Below, in pieces: positions 39,111 through 48,551 of a DNA stretch of 64,000 nt. Each line of letters starts with the position of its first letter. Within the stretch, counting starts at the first letter, position 1. The notes under the pieces are model-generated. The model was not told where the DNA came from, made no database searches, and was given only the letters and a program-made list of their open reading frames with translations. Location: assembly GCA_036374335.1 (NCBI GenBank), contig DASUUC010000081.1, positions 6,863-70,862 on the forward strand, in the 5' to 3' direction. A program made the translations under genes and the position numbers. The stretch comes from Acidimicrobiia bacterium. GTDB lineage: Bacteria > Actinomycetota > Acidimicrobiia > Spongiisociales > ZC4RG35.

Positions 39111-40043
39111 ATGAGACGCTTTTCCCGCGTGTTGGTCCCGATAGCTGCATTGACATTGGTGCTGTCAGCATGCGCCTCGGAAACCGGCGATACCACCACC
39201 ACGACAGCCGAGGTGATCACCACTTCTGTCCCCACGACCAGCACCACGCAACCACCCACCACAACGACCCAGCCGCCCACTACGACTACGACTATCCCTG
39301 CGCAAGCGGGGGCGGTTGTCTACTTCCTCCTCGAGGAGTTGGAAGAGGACGCGGCCGGACCTTTCCTCGTCCCGGTGTATCGGGATGTGTCCTCTGGGGA
39401 GGATCCGGCACAGCAGGCCGTCGACCTCCTTCTGGAAGGACCCACCGACGACGAGATGGCGGGGCTACCCGCCATCTCCACCGCGATCCCCGACGGCACC
39501 GAATCCCTGGGCGGCTCGGTAGACGACGGTGTAGCCACGGTCAACCTGAGCGACGAGTTCGACGACGGCGGGGGGTCCTTTTCGATGTTCGCCCGGCTCG
39601 CCCAGGTCGTTTACACCGTGACCCGCGTCGAGGGCGTGGACGCGGTCGAATTTCAGATCGAGGGGGAACCCGTCACGGTCTTCTCCTCCGAGGGGATCGA
39701 GCTCGACGGTGCGCAGGATCGCACGGACTACTACGACCTCTTGCCTCCGATCTTCCTCGACACGCCAGCTTGGGGTGAGCCAGTCACCAGCCCGATCCAC
39801 GTGAGTGGGCTGAGCAACGTGTTCGAGGCAGTGTCCCAGGTGATGCTCACAGACGACGATGGCGAAACCCTCTTCGAGGAAACGGTGATGGCCAGTTGCG
39901 GCACCGGGTGCTGGGGTGAGTGGGAAACTGATATCACGTACACGATCGACAGAGATCAGTTTGGTGCCCTCATCGTCTGGGAGTTCTCGGCGGAAGATGG
40001 CAGTCGCATCCACGTCCGGGAATACCCGGTCCAACTGCGCTGA
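39111..40043 (+). CDS. secreted lipoprotein with GerMN-like and Ig-like (Gmad2-type) domains
   Basis: Start at MRRFSRVLVPIAALTLVLSAC (lipobox LSAC). Thr/Pro linker, then GerMN-like block (AVDLLLEGPTDDEMAGLPAISTAIP..TVNLSDEF) and a C-terminal beta domain. The 536-aa ORF-track version is an over-extension. Confidence 0.6.
   Translation: MRRFSRVLVPIAALTLVLSACASETGDTTTTTAEVITTSVPTTSTTQPPTTTTQPPTTTTTIPAQAGAVVYFLLEELEEDAAGPFLVPVYRDVSSGEDPAQQAVDLLLEGPTDDEMAGLPAISTAIPDGTESLGGSVDDGVATVNLSDEFDDGGGSFSMFARLAQVVYTVTRVEGVDAVEFQIEGEPVTVFSSEGIELDGAQDRTDYYDLLPPIFLDTPAWGEPVTSPIHVSGLSNVFEAVSQVMLTDDDGETLFEETVMASCGTGCWGEWETDITYTIDRDQFGALIVWEFSAEDGSRIHVREYPVQLR
39191..39297 (+). repeat. low-complexity Thr/Pro-codon tract inside the lipoprotein gene
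   Basis: Runs of ACC/ACG/ACA and CCN codons encoding TTTTTAEVITTSVPTTSTTQPPTTTTQPPTTTTTIP. Confidence 0.6.
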
Positions 40044-40057
40044 CGGGAGAAGACATC

Positions 40058-42490
40058 ATGGAACACGCACCCGTCTACGTGAGATGGTTCGAGGATCTCG
40101 GCATCGAGGATGTCGCCGATGTGGGGGGCAAGAACGCTTCACTGGGTGAGCTGTACCGCGAATTGACACCGTTGGGGGTGAAGACCGCCAACGGCTTCGC
40201 CGTTACCGCGGGCGCGTATCGAGAAACCCTCACCGCGGCAGGAGCCTGGGAAGAGCTCAGAACGGTCCTGGACGGGCTGGACAAAACGGATGTCTCCGAT
40301 CTGGCCAGACGTGCCCGGCGGGCCAGAGAGATCGTCTACGAGGCACCTCTGCCCGTAGCGGTCCGGGACCAGATCGTTGCCGCGCACGGCCGGCTCGAGA
40401 CAGAGTACGGACCGGAACTCAGCGTTGCCATCCGCTCATCGGCAACCGCCGAAGATCTCCCTACTGCGAGCTTCGCCGGTCAGCACGAGACCTTCCTGAA
40501 CGTCCAGGGGTCAGAACGGGTCCTGGAGGCGTGCCGTCGTTGCTTCTCCTCGCTGTTCACCGACCGTGCCATTTCCTATCGGATCGACAAGGGCTTCGAC
40601 CATCTCAGCATCGGGCTCTCGGTCGGCGTCATGAAGATGGTGCGATCCGATTTGGCCAGCAGCGGGGTGATGTTCACCCTCGACACCGAGTCCGGTTTTC
40701 GCGACGTTGTCTTCATCACCGGAGCGTACGGCCTCGGCGAGAACGTCGTCCAAGGGGCAGTGGATCCCGACGAGTTCTACGTCCACAAGCCGACGTATGA
40801 GCAAGGGTTTCGGGCCGTGCTGCGGCGCAAACTGGGCCGCAAGCAGATCCGGATGGTATACGCCCAGGGCCGAGGCGGTCAGACGACTTCCAACGTGCCC
40901 ACACCGGAGTTCGACCGCGAGCGATACTGCCTGACCGACGCCGAAGTACTCACCCTGGGCGGGTACGGAATAGCGGTGGAACGGCACTACAGCCAGCGAG
41001 CCGGTCACCCCATGCCGATGGACATCGAATGGGCCAAGGACGGTTTGGACGGCCAGCTCTACCTGGTCCAAGCCCGGCCGGAGACGGTCGCCTCCCAGCA
41101 GGTGTCCACGAGACTGCGTGAGTATCGGGTTCACCCGGAGACTGATCCACTCGTACAGGGTCGTGCGGTCGGCAGTTCGGTCTCAATCGGCCCGGCGCAT
41201 GTCGTCAGGTCGACTGCCGAGCTGTCGCGGTTCCGCCCGGGCGAGGTCTTGGTTGCCGACACCACCACACCCGACTGGGAACCCGTCATGAAGAATGCCG
41301 CTGCCATCGTGACCAATCGCGGAGGACGGACCTGTCACGCTGCGATCGTTGCCCGGGAGTTGGGCATAGCCGCCGTGGTAGGAGCCGGAGGGGCGACAGA
41401 GATCCTGACAGGCGGGGCAACGGTGAGTGTCTCCTGTGCCCAAGGCGACGTCGGGTCTGTCTATCCCGGCGAGATACCGATGGAGATCATCGAGGTTGAC
41501 TATGCCGAGATCCCGGAAACCAGAACCGAAGTGATGGTCAACCTGGGCAACCCGGACCTGGCATTCGGAGCGTCCTCCCTTCCGGTAGACGGCGTCGGCT
41601 TGGCCAGAATGGAGTTCATCATCTCCGAGTCGATACGGGCGCATCCCATGGCACTGATCGACCCGCATTCTGTAAAGGATCCTGAGGAACGCGCATCGAT
41701 TCTGGCCATGATCAAGGGGTATGAGAGCGGGGCCGACTACTTCATCGAGCGGCTCTCCGAGGGTGTGGGCACCATCGCCGCCGCCTTCTACCCAAGGCCG
41801 GTCATCGTTCGTATGTCGGACTTCAAGACCAACGAGTACGCCAGCCTCATCGGAGGCCGGGGCTTTGAGCCCGAAGAGGCCAATCCAATGCTGGGATTCA
41901 GGGGGGCGTCGCGTTACGCCCATCCAGCCTATCGAGAAGGGTTCGCCCTCGAATGTGCGGCCATGAAGCGCGCCCGCGACCGCATGGGTCTGACCAACAT
42001 CAAGCTGATGATCCCGTTCTGCCGTCGGGTCGAAGAGGGAGAGCGGGTGCTCGAAGTCATGGCCGAGAATGGTCTCCACCGCGGCGAAAACGGTCTCGAG
42101 GTGTACGTGATGTGCGAAATACCGAACAACGTCGTCCAGGTAGATGCGTTTTCGCGCATCTTCGATGGGTTCTCGATCGGATCCAACGACCTGACACAGC
42201 TCGTCCTGGGGGTCGACCGGGACTCCGAGCTCGTCGCGTTCGATTTCGACGAGCGGGACGAGGGCGTGGTCGAGATGCTGCGGCAAGCCATCGAGGGGGC
42301 CCATCGCAACCGCAGACACATAGGAATCTGTGGCCAGGGGCCATCCGATTTTCCCGATCTGGCGACGCGTCTGGTTGAGTTCGGCATCGACTCGATGAGC
42401 CTCAACCCGGACACTGTCATCCACACCCGACAGACAGTCGCCAACGCGGAGGCTCGAGTCGGGACCGGGGCGGTGCCGGTCGGCCGGTGA
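40058..42490 (+). CDS. ppsA: phosphoenolpyruvate synthase (pyruvate, water dikinase)
   Basis: 810 aa; N-terminal VGGKNASLGEL, phospho-His domain TNRGGRTCHAAIVARELG, C-terminal PEP-utilising TIM barrel (GFRGASRY, GSNDLTQ). Confidence 0.9.
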   Translation: MEHAPVYVRWFEDLGIEDVADVGGKNASLGELYRELTPLGVKTANGFAVTAGAYRETLTAAGAWEELRTVLDGLDKTDVSDLARRARRAREIVYEAPLPVAVRDQIVAAHGRLETEYGPELSVAIRSSATAEDLPTASFAGQHETFLNVQGSERVLEACRRCFSSLFTDRAISYRIDKGFDHLSIGLSVGVMKMVRSDLASSGVMFTLDTESGFRDVVFITGAYGLGENVVQGAVDPDEFYVHKPTYEQGFRAVLRRKLGRKQIRMVYAQGRGGQTTSNVPTPEFDRERYCLTDAEVLTLGGYGIAVERHYSQRAGHPMPMDIEWAKDGLDGQLYLVQARPETVASQQVSTRLREYRVHPETDPLVQGRAVGSSVSIGPAHVVRSTAELSRFRPGEVLVADTTTPDWEPVMKNAAAIVTNRGGRTCHAAIVARELGIAAVVGAGGATEILTGGATVSVSCAQGDVGSVYPGEIPMEIIEVDYAEIPETRTEVMVNLGNPDLAFGASSLPVDGVGLARMEFIISESIRAHPMALIDPHSVKDPEERASILAMIKGYESGADYFIERLSEGVGTIAAAFYPRPVIVRMSDFKTNEYASLIGGRGFEPEEANPMLGFRGASRYAHPAYREGFALECAAMKRARDRMGLTNIKLMIPFCRRVEEGERVLEVMAENGLHRGENGLEVYVMCEIPNNVVQVDAFSRIFDGFSIGSNDLTQLVLGVDRDSELVAFDFDERDEGVVEMLRQAIEGAHRNRRHIGICGQGPSDFPDLATRLVEFGIDSMSLNPDTVIHTRQTVANAEARVGTGAVPVGR

Positions 42491-45102
42491 GCTCGAAGGA
42501 CGTCCTCTCCTATCCGAGGGGTGGACTGACCTCAGAAGCGGCCCAACGTCGCCTCGAGGCCCACGGTCCCAACCGTCTCCCCGAGTCTCGTGGCCCCGGT
42601 GTGGTGCGTCAGCTGCTCGCCCAACTCTTCCACTTCTTCGCTCTACTCCTCTGGATTGGCGGTGGTCTGGCATTCGTGGCCGACCTCCCAGAGCTGGGCG
42701 TAGCCATCTTCGGAGTGATCATCCTGAACGGGCTATTCGCCTTCGTCCAAGAGCACCGAGCCGAGAAGGCCGGGGACCGCCTCCGCGAGATCGTCCCCCG
42801 TCGCACCACGGTGATCCGCGACGGCCAGCAGCGTGAGATCGACTCCGAGGATCTCGTGCCCGGGGACCTCGTCGTGTTGGCTGGAGGAGACCGAGTGAGC
42901 GGGGACATGACCACGTTGGAAGCCCACTCCCTCAAGATCGATGAGTCGATCCTCACCGGGGAGAGCGTCACGGTCGAGAAAGCCTGCGGCGATGCCTTGT
43001 ACTCGGGGACTTTCATCGTTGAGGGCGAAGGTCGGGCTTTCGTCGAGACGACCGGTTCGGCAACCCGGCTCGCATCGGTGGCGGCTCTCACCACGCAGGT
43101 ACGTCGGCCGGTCACACCACTGGCTCGTGAGATTCGCCGCCTGGTCCGCACAACCGCATTGATCGCGATCGGCGTGGGGCTGGCTTTCGTGGCCACGAGC
43201 ACGCTCATCGGTATGGACCTCCGATCGGGGCTTGTGTTCGGCGTGGGGGTGATGGTGGCGCTTGTTCCCGAAGCGCTCCTGCCGACGGTGACTCTTTCTC
43301 TCGCCATCGCGGCACAGCGGATGGCGGCTCATCATGCACTCGTGCGCCGGCTCGAGGCGGTGGAGACGCTCGGCTCGACCACGTTTCTGTGCACCGACAA
43401 GACGGGTACGCTCACCCAGAATCGGATGTCAGTTGTCGAAGTGTGGACACCCTTTGGCTCCGCAACCGTCCACGGAACCGGTTACGAGCCGGAGGCAGAC
43501 GTGACATCTCCGTCGACGGATGTGACGATTCGACTCAAAGAGATTGCCGTGGCGGCGCGTCGCTGCTCCAACGGACGCGTCGCTCTCCAGGACGCGATCT
43601 GGGTCGCAGTAGGCGATCCGATGGAAGCCGCTCTCGACGCCTATGCCCGCAGGGTCGGGGTGGTGATCGAAGACGAAGTGCCCGATCACCCGGAAGTGGC
43701 CCGTTACCCGTTCGACTCTCGCCGGCGCCGCATGTCCGTGATGACCACAACCCGTTTGTATGTGAAGGGAGCTCCGGATGCCGTGTTCCCGGTCTGCTCG
43801 AATGCGTCCCAGGCTGCCTTTCGGGCGGTCGAGGCTCTCTCCGCTCGAGGTCTGAGAGTGCTCGCCGTGGCCACCGGCGCAGGTTCGGAACACCCGGTTT
43901 CGGATGCGACCGCCATGGAGCATGATCTCGAGTTGCTTGGTTTGATCGGTCTCGAAGATCCGCCCCGTCCTTCGGCCGCTGCATCCGTGGCTGCCTGCCG
44001 GTCGGCAGGGGTCAAGATCGCCCTCGTGACAGGCGACCACCCGTCGACGGCCAAGGCAATCGCCGATGAGGTGGGGATCTATCTCCCGGGAGCTCCAGTG
44101 CTCATCGGGTCGAAGCTGCCCCGGGACGACGAGCTTCTCGCCGCCCAGGTCGACCGCGATGGAGCCGTGGTCAGCCGGGTCACCCCCGAGGACAAACTTC
44201 GAATCGCCCGGGCTCTCCAAAGTCGGGGGCATGTCGTGGCGATGACTGGCGATGGAGTCAACGACGGTCCCGCCCTGCGGGAGGCGGATATCGGTGTAGC
44301 GATGGGAAGGAGCGGAACAGACGTCGCTCGCGAGGCGGCCGATCTGGTGCTTCTCGACGACGATCTGGCCACCATCGTCACCGCTATCGGCCAGGGCCGG
44401 GCCACATTCGCCAATGCCCGGAGATTCCTCACGTATCACCTGACCGACAACGTGGCTGAGATCACCCCATTCCTGGTTTGGGCGTTGTCCGGAGGCCGGG
44501 TACCGCTGGCTCTCGGCGTTCTCCAGATACTCGCCCTCGATCTGGGGACGGACACGCTGTCAGCCACAGCTCTCGGGGCGGAGCCCGCCCATCACCAAGT
44601 TTGGGAGGAGCCTCCGAGTGCCGGGCGCCTCCTCGACCGCAAAGTGGCGTTTCGTGCCTTCGGTCTATTGGGACCGATCGAGGCCCTTACCGAGATGGCC
44701 GCCTTCTTCGCCGTCTTCTTTGCCGTTGGCTGGCGTCCGGGCGAGAGCTTCCCGGCCAATGCTGTGGCTGCGGCCTCCGGTGCTGCGTTCGCCACGGTGG
44801 TATTGGCGCAGACAGCAAACGCTTTCGCCTGCCGCAGCGCCACCCGCCCGGCATGGCGAATTCCCCTGTTCAGCAATCGGCTACTCATTGGTGCCGCCCT
44901 CGTGGAACTGACCATCGCGGCACTCTTCCTCCTGATGCCGTCGGTGGCCACTCTGCTCGGGCACCAAGCACCCTCGGGGACAGGATGGACGGTGGCACTT
45001 GCCGCTATTCCCCTGCTGCTCATCGTCGATGGGCTCCACAAGACGATACGACGCCGATGGCGGCCGCAACTCAGAACGGGAGACGGAGAGCCGACCAAAT
45101 GA
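42487..45102 (+). CDS. cation-transporting P-type ATPase (P2-like)
   Basis: 871 aa; TGES, VPEAL in TM4, [45 protein letters not shown] overlap with the ppsA stop. Confidence 0.9.
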   Translation: MSSKDVLSYPRGGLTSEAAQRRLEAHGPNRLPESRGPGVVRQLLAQLFHFFALLLWIGGGLAFVADLPELGVAIFGVIILNGLFAFVQEHRAEKAGDRLREIVPRRTTVIRDGQQREIDSEDLVPGDLVVLAGGDRVSGDMTTLEAHSLKIDESILTGESVTVEKACGDALYSGTFIVEGEGRAFVETTGSATRLASVAALTTQVRRPVTPLAREIRRLVRTTALIAIGVGLAFVATSTLIGMDLRSGLVFGVGVMVALVPEALLPTVTLSLAIAAQRMAAHHALVRRLEAVETLGSTTFLCTDKTGTLTQNRMSVVEVWTPFGSATVHGTGYEPEADVTSPSTDVTIRLKEIAVAARRCSNGRVALQDAIWVAVGDPMEAALDAYARRVGVVIEDEVPDHPEVARYPFDSRRRRMSVMTTTRLYVKGAPDAVFPVCSNASQAAFRAVEALSARGLRVLAVATGAGSEHPVSDATAMEHDLELLGLIGLEDPPRPSAAASVAACRSAGVKIALVTGDHPSTAKAIADEVGIYLPGAPVLIGSKLPRDDELLAAQVDRDGAVVSRVTPEDKLRIARALQSRGHVVAMTGDGVNDGPALREADIGVAMGRSGTDVAREAADLVLLDDDLATIVTAIGQGRATFANARRFLTYHLTDNVAEITPFLVWALSGGRVPLALGVLQILALDLGTDTLSATALGAEPAHHQVWEEPPSAGRLLDRKVAFRAFGLLGPIEALTEMAAFFAVFFAVGWRPGESFPANAVAAASGAAFATVVLAQTANAFACRSATRPAWRIPLFSNRLLIGAALVELTIAALFLLMPSVATLLGHQAPSGTGWTVALAAIPLLLIVDGLHKTIRRRWRPQLRTGDGEPTK

Positions 45103-45262
45103 AGAGCCCGATGAATGAGTTCCTACGCCGGTATCAACCGGATCAGGTTCTACGGTTCCGAGTCTCCTATGGTCTCAGTCTCAACCAGGGAGTCACCTGG
45201 TTCCCGTGCTCACACTTCGGGCTCTTCGAGATCCAAACATATACACCTCCGGCGCCGATGTC

Positions 45263-45319
45263 TAGAGCCAAAAGACCCTACGAAGCCCTCAATCGAACAG
45301 GTGAGGGCTTTTGGCTCTA
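45263..45319. other. long imperfect hairpin between the ATPase and USP genes
   Basis: tagagccaaaag (45263-45274) pairs with cttttggctcta (45308-45319), with further ccct/aggg pairing inside. Confidence 0.35.
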
Positions 45320-45366
45320 GGCAACCCTTGGGCCCGCGGAGACAATCCGGAGAGAAAGGATCGAGC

Positions 45367-45813
45367 ATGAAGAAAGTCTTGTTGGCAATCGATGGATCCG
45401 ACCACTCCAATCGCGCGGCGCGAGTGGCAGGAGAACTGTCCGCGGGTTTGGACGTCCCGGTTGATGTGATCAACGTCGTCTCCGACACTTCTCTGGTCAC
45501 CGCCGGGCCCATTCACGAGTACGCGCGCATCGAGAAGATCACCATCAGTCAACGGGAACTGCTCCAGGCCTTGGGCGCAGACCTGGTCGTGCAGGCTGGC
45601 AACGTGGTGCGCGAGGCCGGGGGACAGGTAGAAGCCACCGATGTCCTGATCGGGGCGCCCGCCCACGAAATCGTTCGTTACGCCGAGACGCACGATGCAG
45701 ACTGCATAGTCATGGGCCGCCGGGGCTTGGGCGATGTCGGTGGGTTGTTCATGGGAAGCATCTCCCACAAGGTGGGCCACCTCACGGGGCGCACGCTGGT
45801 GACCGCCGAATAG
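45367..45813 (+). CDS. universal stress protein (UspA family)
   Basis: Start at MKKVLLAIDGSDHS. CIVMGRRGLGDVGGLFMGSISHKVGHL ATP-binding motif. Confidence 0.85.
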   Translation: MKKVLLAIDGSDHSNRAARVAGELSAGLDVPVDVINVVSDTSLVTAGPIHEYARIEKITISQRELLQALGADLVVQAGNVVREAGGQVEATDVLIGAPAHEIVRYAETHDADCIVMGRRGLGDVGGLFMGSISHKVGHLTGRTLVTAE

Positions 45814-45840
45814 GCAGACGCCTGTCCGCTGCGGGCTCAA

Positions 45841-46488
45841 TCACTCTCGCACACCGGGTTGTTCGGATCTTTCCGATTCGCCGTTCCGTGGCCCGACGAA
45901 CACGGGAATGCCATAGCCACCCACCAATCGCGCGGTGACACTTCCGAACACCCTCTCCGAGACCCCGTGACCCCGGGCGCCAACGACGATCAGCTCCGCA
46001 TTGGTCTCTCTTGCGTGTTCCACAAGGGCCCGATCCGGACGCCCATAGAGCACACGTGTTTCCGGCTTCTGATATTGGATCGCCTCAGCTGCGTCACTCA
46101 GATCGGATAAGGCTTGTTCCCGGACCTCCGATCCGGTGTATTCCCCGCCGGAGTCATAGTCGACGACCTTGGCAAGCGTGAGACTCGTCACCCGGTCTCC
46201 GAAGAGGCTCAGGGCGGCGATCACCGCGGCGATGGCCTCGGGTGATCCGTCTACGCCCGCCAGTATGTCCAGACGTCCCGGGTGTGGCATCGGAGCCGGC
46301 TCCTCGTGCTCGATGGGATGAAAGCGCGCTCTCTCGACAGCCAGCGGAATCGCAAGCAGTCCGAGGACACATCCCAGTGCGAGCCAGATCCAGAAATCAT
46401 GCCCCCGCCGCCGCATGACGACTGCGATGATCAGCCCCGCCACGAGCCACGTCAAACCCGCAATAACAAGGCCATCCGCGATGCTCAT
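45841..46488 (-). CDS. membrane-anchored universal stress protein
   Basis: Start at MSIADG after AAGGAG. Two N-terminal TM helices, then a USP domain (ILAGVDGSPEA ... LIVVGARGHGVSERVFGSVTARL). Confidence 0.75.
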   Translation of the reverse strand: MSIADGLVIAGLTWLVAGLIIAVVMRRRGHDFWIWLALGCVLGLLAIPLAVERARFHPIEHEEPAPMPHPGRLDILAGVDGSPEAIAAVIAALSLFGDRVTSLTLAKVVDYDSGGEYTGSEVREQALSDLSDAAEAIQYQKPETRVLYGRPDRALVEHARETNAELIVVGARGHGVSERVFGSVTARLVGGYGIPVFVGPRNGESERSEQPGVRE

Positions 46489-46595
46489 GTCACTCCTTCT
46501 ATGCTCTGCCCTGAAGTAGAGCAAGGTCCGCCGTCGGCGAGAAGGGCCATTCGTCCTGACCAAGGCATCCCAGGGGCTCTCTCTGATACGCAGAA

Positions 46596-46623
46596 CCGGG
46601 GCTCTCCGTCGGGAGAGTCCCGG
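46596..46623 (-). terminator. terminator-like hairpin after the membrane-protein gene
   Basis: ccggggctctcc / gggagagtcccgg: 12-bp stem (one G-U), 4-nt loop, 16 nt downstream of the stop at 46639. Confidence 0.5.
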
Positions 46624-46638
46624 CCCTGTAATCAGCTG

Positions 46639-46983
46639 TCAGATGATCAGGATCACAGCGAATGTGATGGCGGCGCCAAGGGCGGCCAACGCAAGCACCG
46701 TGGGAACGACCACTCGGGTCGAGTAGTCCTGATCCTCGACATATGCCATCCGAGCGAATAGCCCGAATGCGGCACTGAGCAGGAGGCCGGCTGCGATGAA
46801 CATGCCGAAGTACCAACCCTCGACAAGCCCACCGAGGAACCAATCGGTCGGCACGTAGTACATCCACGCGCCAACCCCTGCCGCCAGCACACCAACAATC
46901 CCGAGAGTCCACTCAGTGATCTGGGACCGCCGTGTCGGCATCCGGGTGACCTCCGTCATTGGCCTCTCACGAAGAGCTGTCAC
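46639..46983 (-). CDS. small membrane protein (3 TM)
   Basis: GTG start chosen after GGAAAGGAGG (VTALRERPMTEV..). Helices WTLGIVGVLAAGVGAWMYY, WYFGMFIAAGLLLSAAFGLF, VVVPTVLALAALGAAITFAVILI. Confidence 0.55.
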   Translation of the reverse strand: MTALRERPMTEVTRMPTRRSQITEWTLGIVGVLAAGVGAWMYYVPTDWFLGGLVEGWYFGMFIAAGLLLSAAFGLFARMAYVEDQDYSTRVVVPTVLALAALGAAITFAVILII

Positions 46984-47091
46984 GAAGATCACCTCCTTTC
47001 CTGGAAGACCCAATGGCCCTCCAACCGCGATCATCTGCAATGAGAGATGATGCGGCTAGAGGCTTTCGACCGTATCGCAAATGCCTTCTGG

Positions 47092-48027
47092 TCAGGTCAA
47101 ACCGGTGATGAGGAGATACGCAGAGATAAAGATCACAATCAGCGCGGCGCCCGACACCCGATCATGGATTCCTCTCTGCGCCAACACCAAGACCGCGATG
47201 CCGACTGCCGCTGCGGCAAGAAGCGAGCCCATCACTGCTATGCCGGCAGAGACGACTATCGGTGCTACCAGCGGTCCAATCCCGAGAGAAAGGGTTGCAT
47301 CGACAAAACTGGAGCCAATCGCGTCCCCCACGGCCAGATCCCACTGCCGCCGCCTCACCGCGCTGATCTCAACGACCAGCTCGGGCAGCGAAGTCCCCAG
47401 GGACGCCAGTACGAAAGCCACCAAATACTCAGGAAGAAACCAGATCAGCGACAACTCAGTGAGCGCTTGAATGGCGGTCGTGGCCCCTAGTCCGACGAGA
47501 ATCAGACCGGCAAATGCTGGGGGCAGGTGGCGACCTGACCGCGGTTCTCGCTGCTCGACGCGCTCGGTCGCCCTGTCCGGTTGACCCCGCCAAATCGCGA
47601 CCGTTCCAATGGCCCACCCTCCTATCAGAATGCCGGCGTCGACACGACTGACTTCGCCGTCAGCCATCAGGGCAGCTCCAATCAGCAAAGCGCCTACGGT
47701 GGCGATCCCCGCTCTTCCCAGACGTCTTCGTGCAAGGGGAAAGGACCCGGTGATGAAGGGGAGGAGACCCAGGATCAAGGTTGCCTGCACGGTCGCCGAA
47801 CCGATCGAATCGCCGATGTTGATATCACCGTGACCGGTAACCGAGGCCACCAACGAGTTGGCGATCTCCGGTAGGTCGGTCCCGATCGAGACGAGAGTGA
47901 TTCCAATGACAAACGGTGGGATGCGGGTGCCCGCGGCGAACGCGGTCAGATGACCTACCGCCCACCTGCTGGACATGACCGCCACCAGCAGGCCTGTCAA
48001 CAACACCACTACCCAGAGGACCACCAC
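47092..48027 (-). CDS. CaCA-family sodium/calcium exchanger membrane protein
   Basis: 311 aa; two alpha-repeat motifs (GITLVSIGTDLPEIANSLVA and FVLASLGTSLPELVVEISAV). Confidence 0.8.
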   Translation of the reverse strand: MVVLWVVVLLTGLLVAVMSSRWAVGHLTAFAAGTRIPPFVIGITLVSIGTDLPEIANSLVASVTGHGDINIGDSIGSATVQATLILGLLPFITGSFPLARRRLGRAGIATVGALLIGAALMADGEVSRVDAGILIGGWAIGTVAIWRGQPDRATERVEQREPRSGRHLPPAFAGLILVGLGATTAIQALTELSLIWFLPEYLVAFVLASLGTSLPELVVEISAVRRRQWDLAVGDAIGSSFVDATLSLGIGPLVAPIVVSAGIAVMGSLLAAAAVGIAVLVLAQRGIHDRVSGAALIVIFISAYLLITGLT

Positions 48028-48091
48028 GATCTACGCCCACAGAGGGTGACCGGGCTCCCGACCTGGTCCAAGACCCGATCATAACCTCAGT

Positions 48092-48454
48092 TCAGGAGCC
48101 GGCCCCGAGCGCTTGATGGTCGAAGAACTGGACGATTGTCTTCGTGCCGTCTTCGTGTTCGACGTTGATGGACTTGACTACACCGGCCTCGTCCTCGACC
48201 CAGAACCTGATCGGATTGTGGATCTCATGGCGGAAAACGACTTCCACTTTCTGTCCGCGGGCACCCACGGAAAGCTCTAGGACCTTCTCCTCTTCGTCGT
48301 AGATGAGGGCATGCCATGGGAGCCGCTCCACCTGGATCTGGTCTCCGATCTCCTCATTGAGGACTTCGATGGTGACATCCTTCGTCCCGGGCTCAGGGAG
48401 CCGGTGGGCGAATTCTCCTATCGACTCGATCGGCAATTGTGTAGTTGGGGGCAT
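48092..48454 (-). CDS. small conserved hypothetical protein
   Basis: Start at MPPTTQ after GAAGGAGGA; 120 aa; lies between the ATPase and the exchanger genes. Confidence 0.55.
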   Translation of the reverse strand: MPPTTQLPIESIGEFAHRLPEPGTKDVTIEVLNEEIGDQIQVERLPWHALIYDEEEKVLELSVGARGQKVEVVFRHEIHNPIRFWVEDEAGVVKSINVEHEDGTKTIVQFFDHQALGAGS

Positions 48455-48551
48455 GGATCCTCCTTCGTTCGCCTGGGGACAAACATGGCAAGCCACGATG
48501 ACTCGTGCCAGAGGCAAAGGTCCCCAAGCTGTTTCGTTCGCGCATCCGCGC

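Noticed and set aside
41183-42673. 496-aa minus-strand ORF; similar long antisense ORFs at 49431-51227, 17540-18868, 11300-12391, 35213-36196 and 36085-36882
   Set aside because: All are antisense to genes with unambiguous domain signatures (ppsA, P-type ATPase, PRTase/USP, GH130, E1 alpha, acs). Their composition is low-complexity Arg/Gly/Pro-rich, so I treat them as shadow frames.
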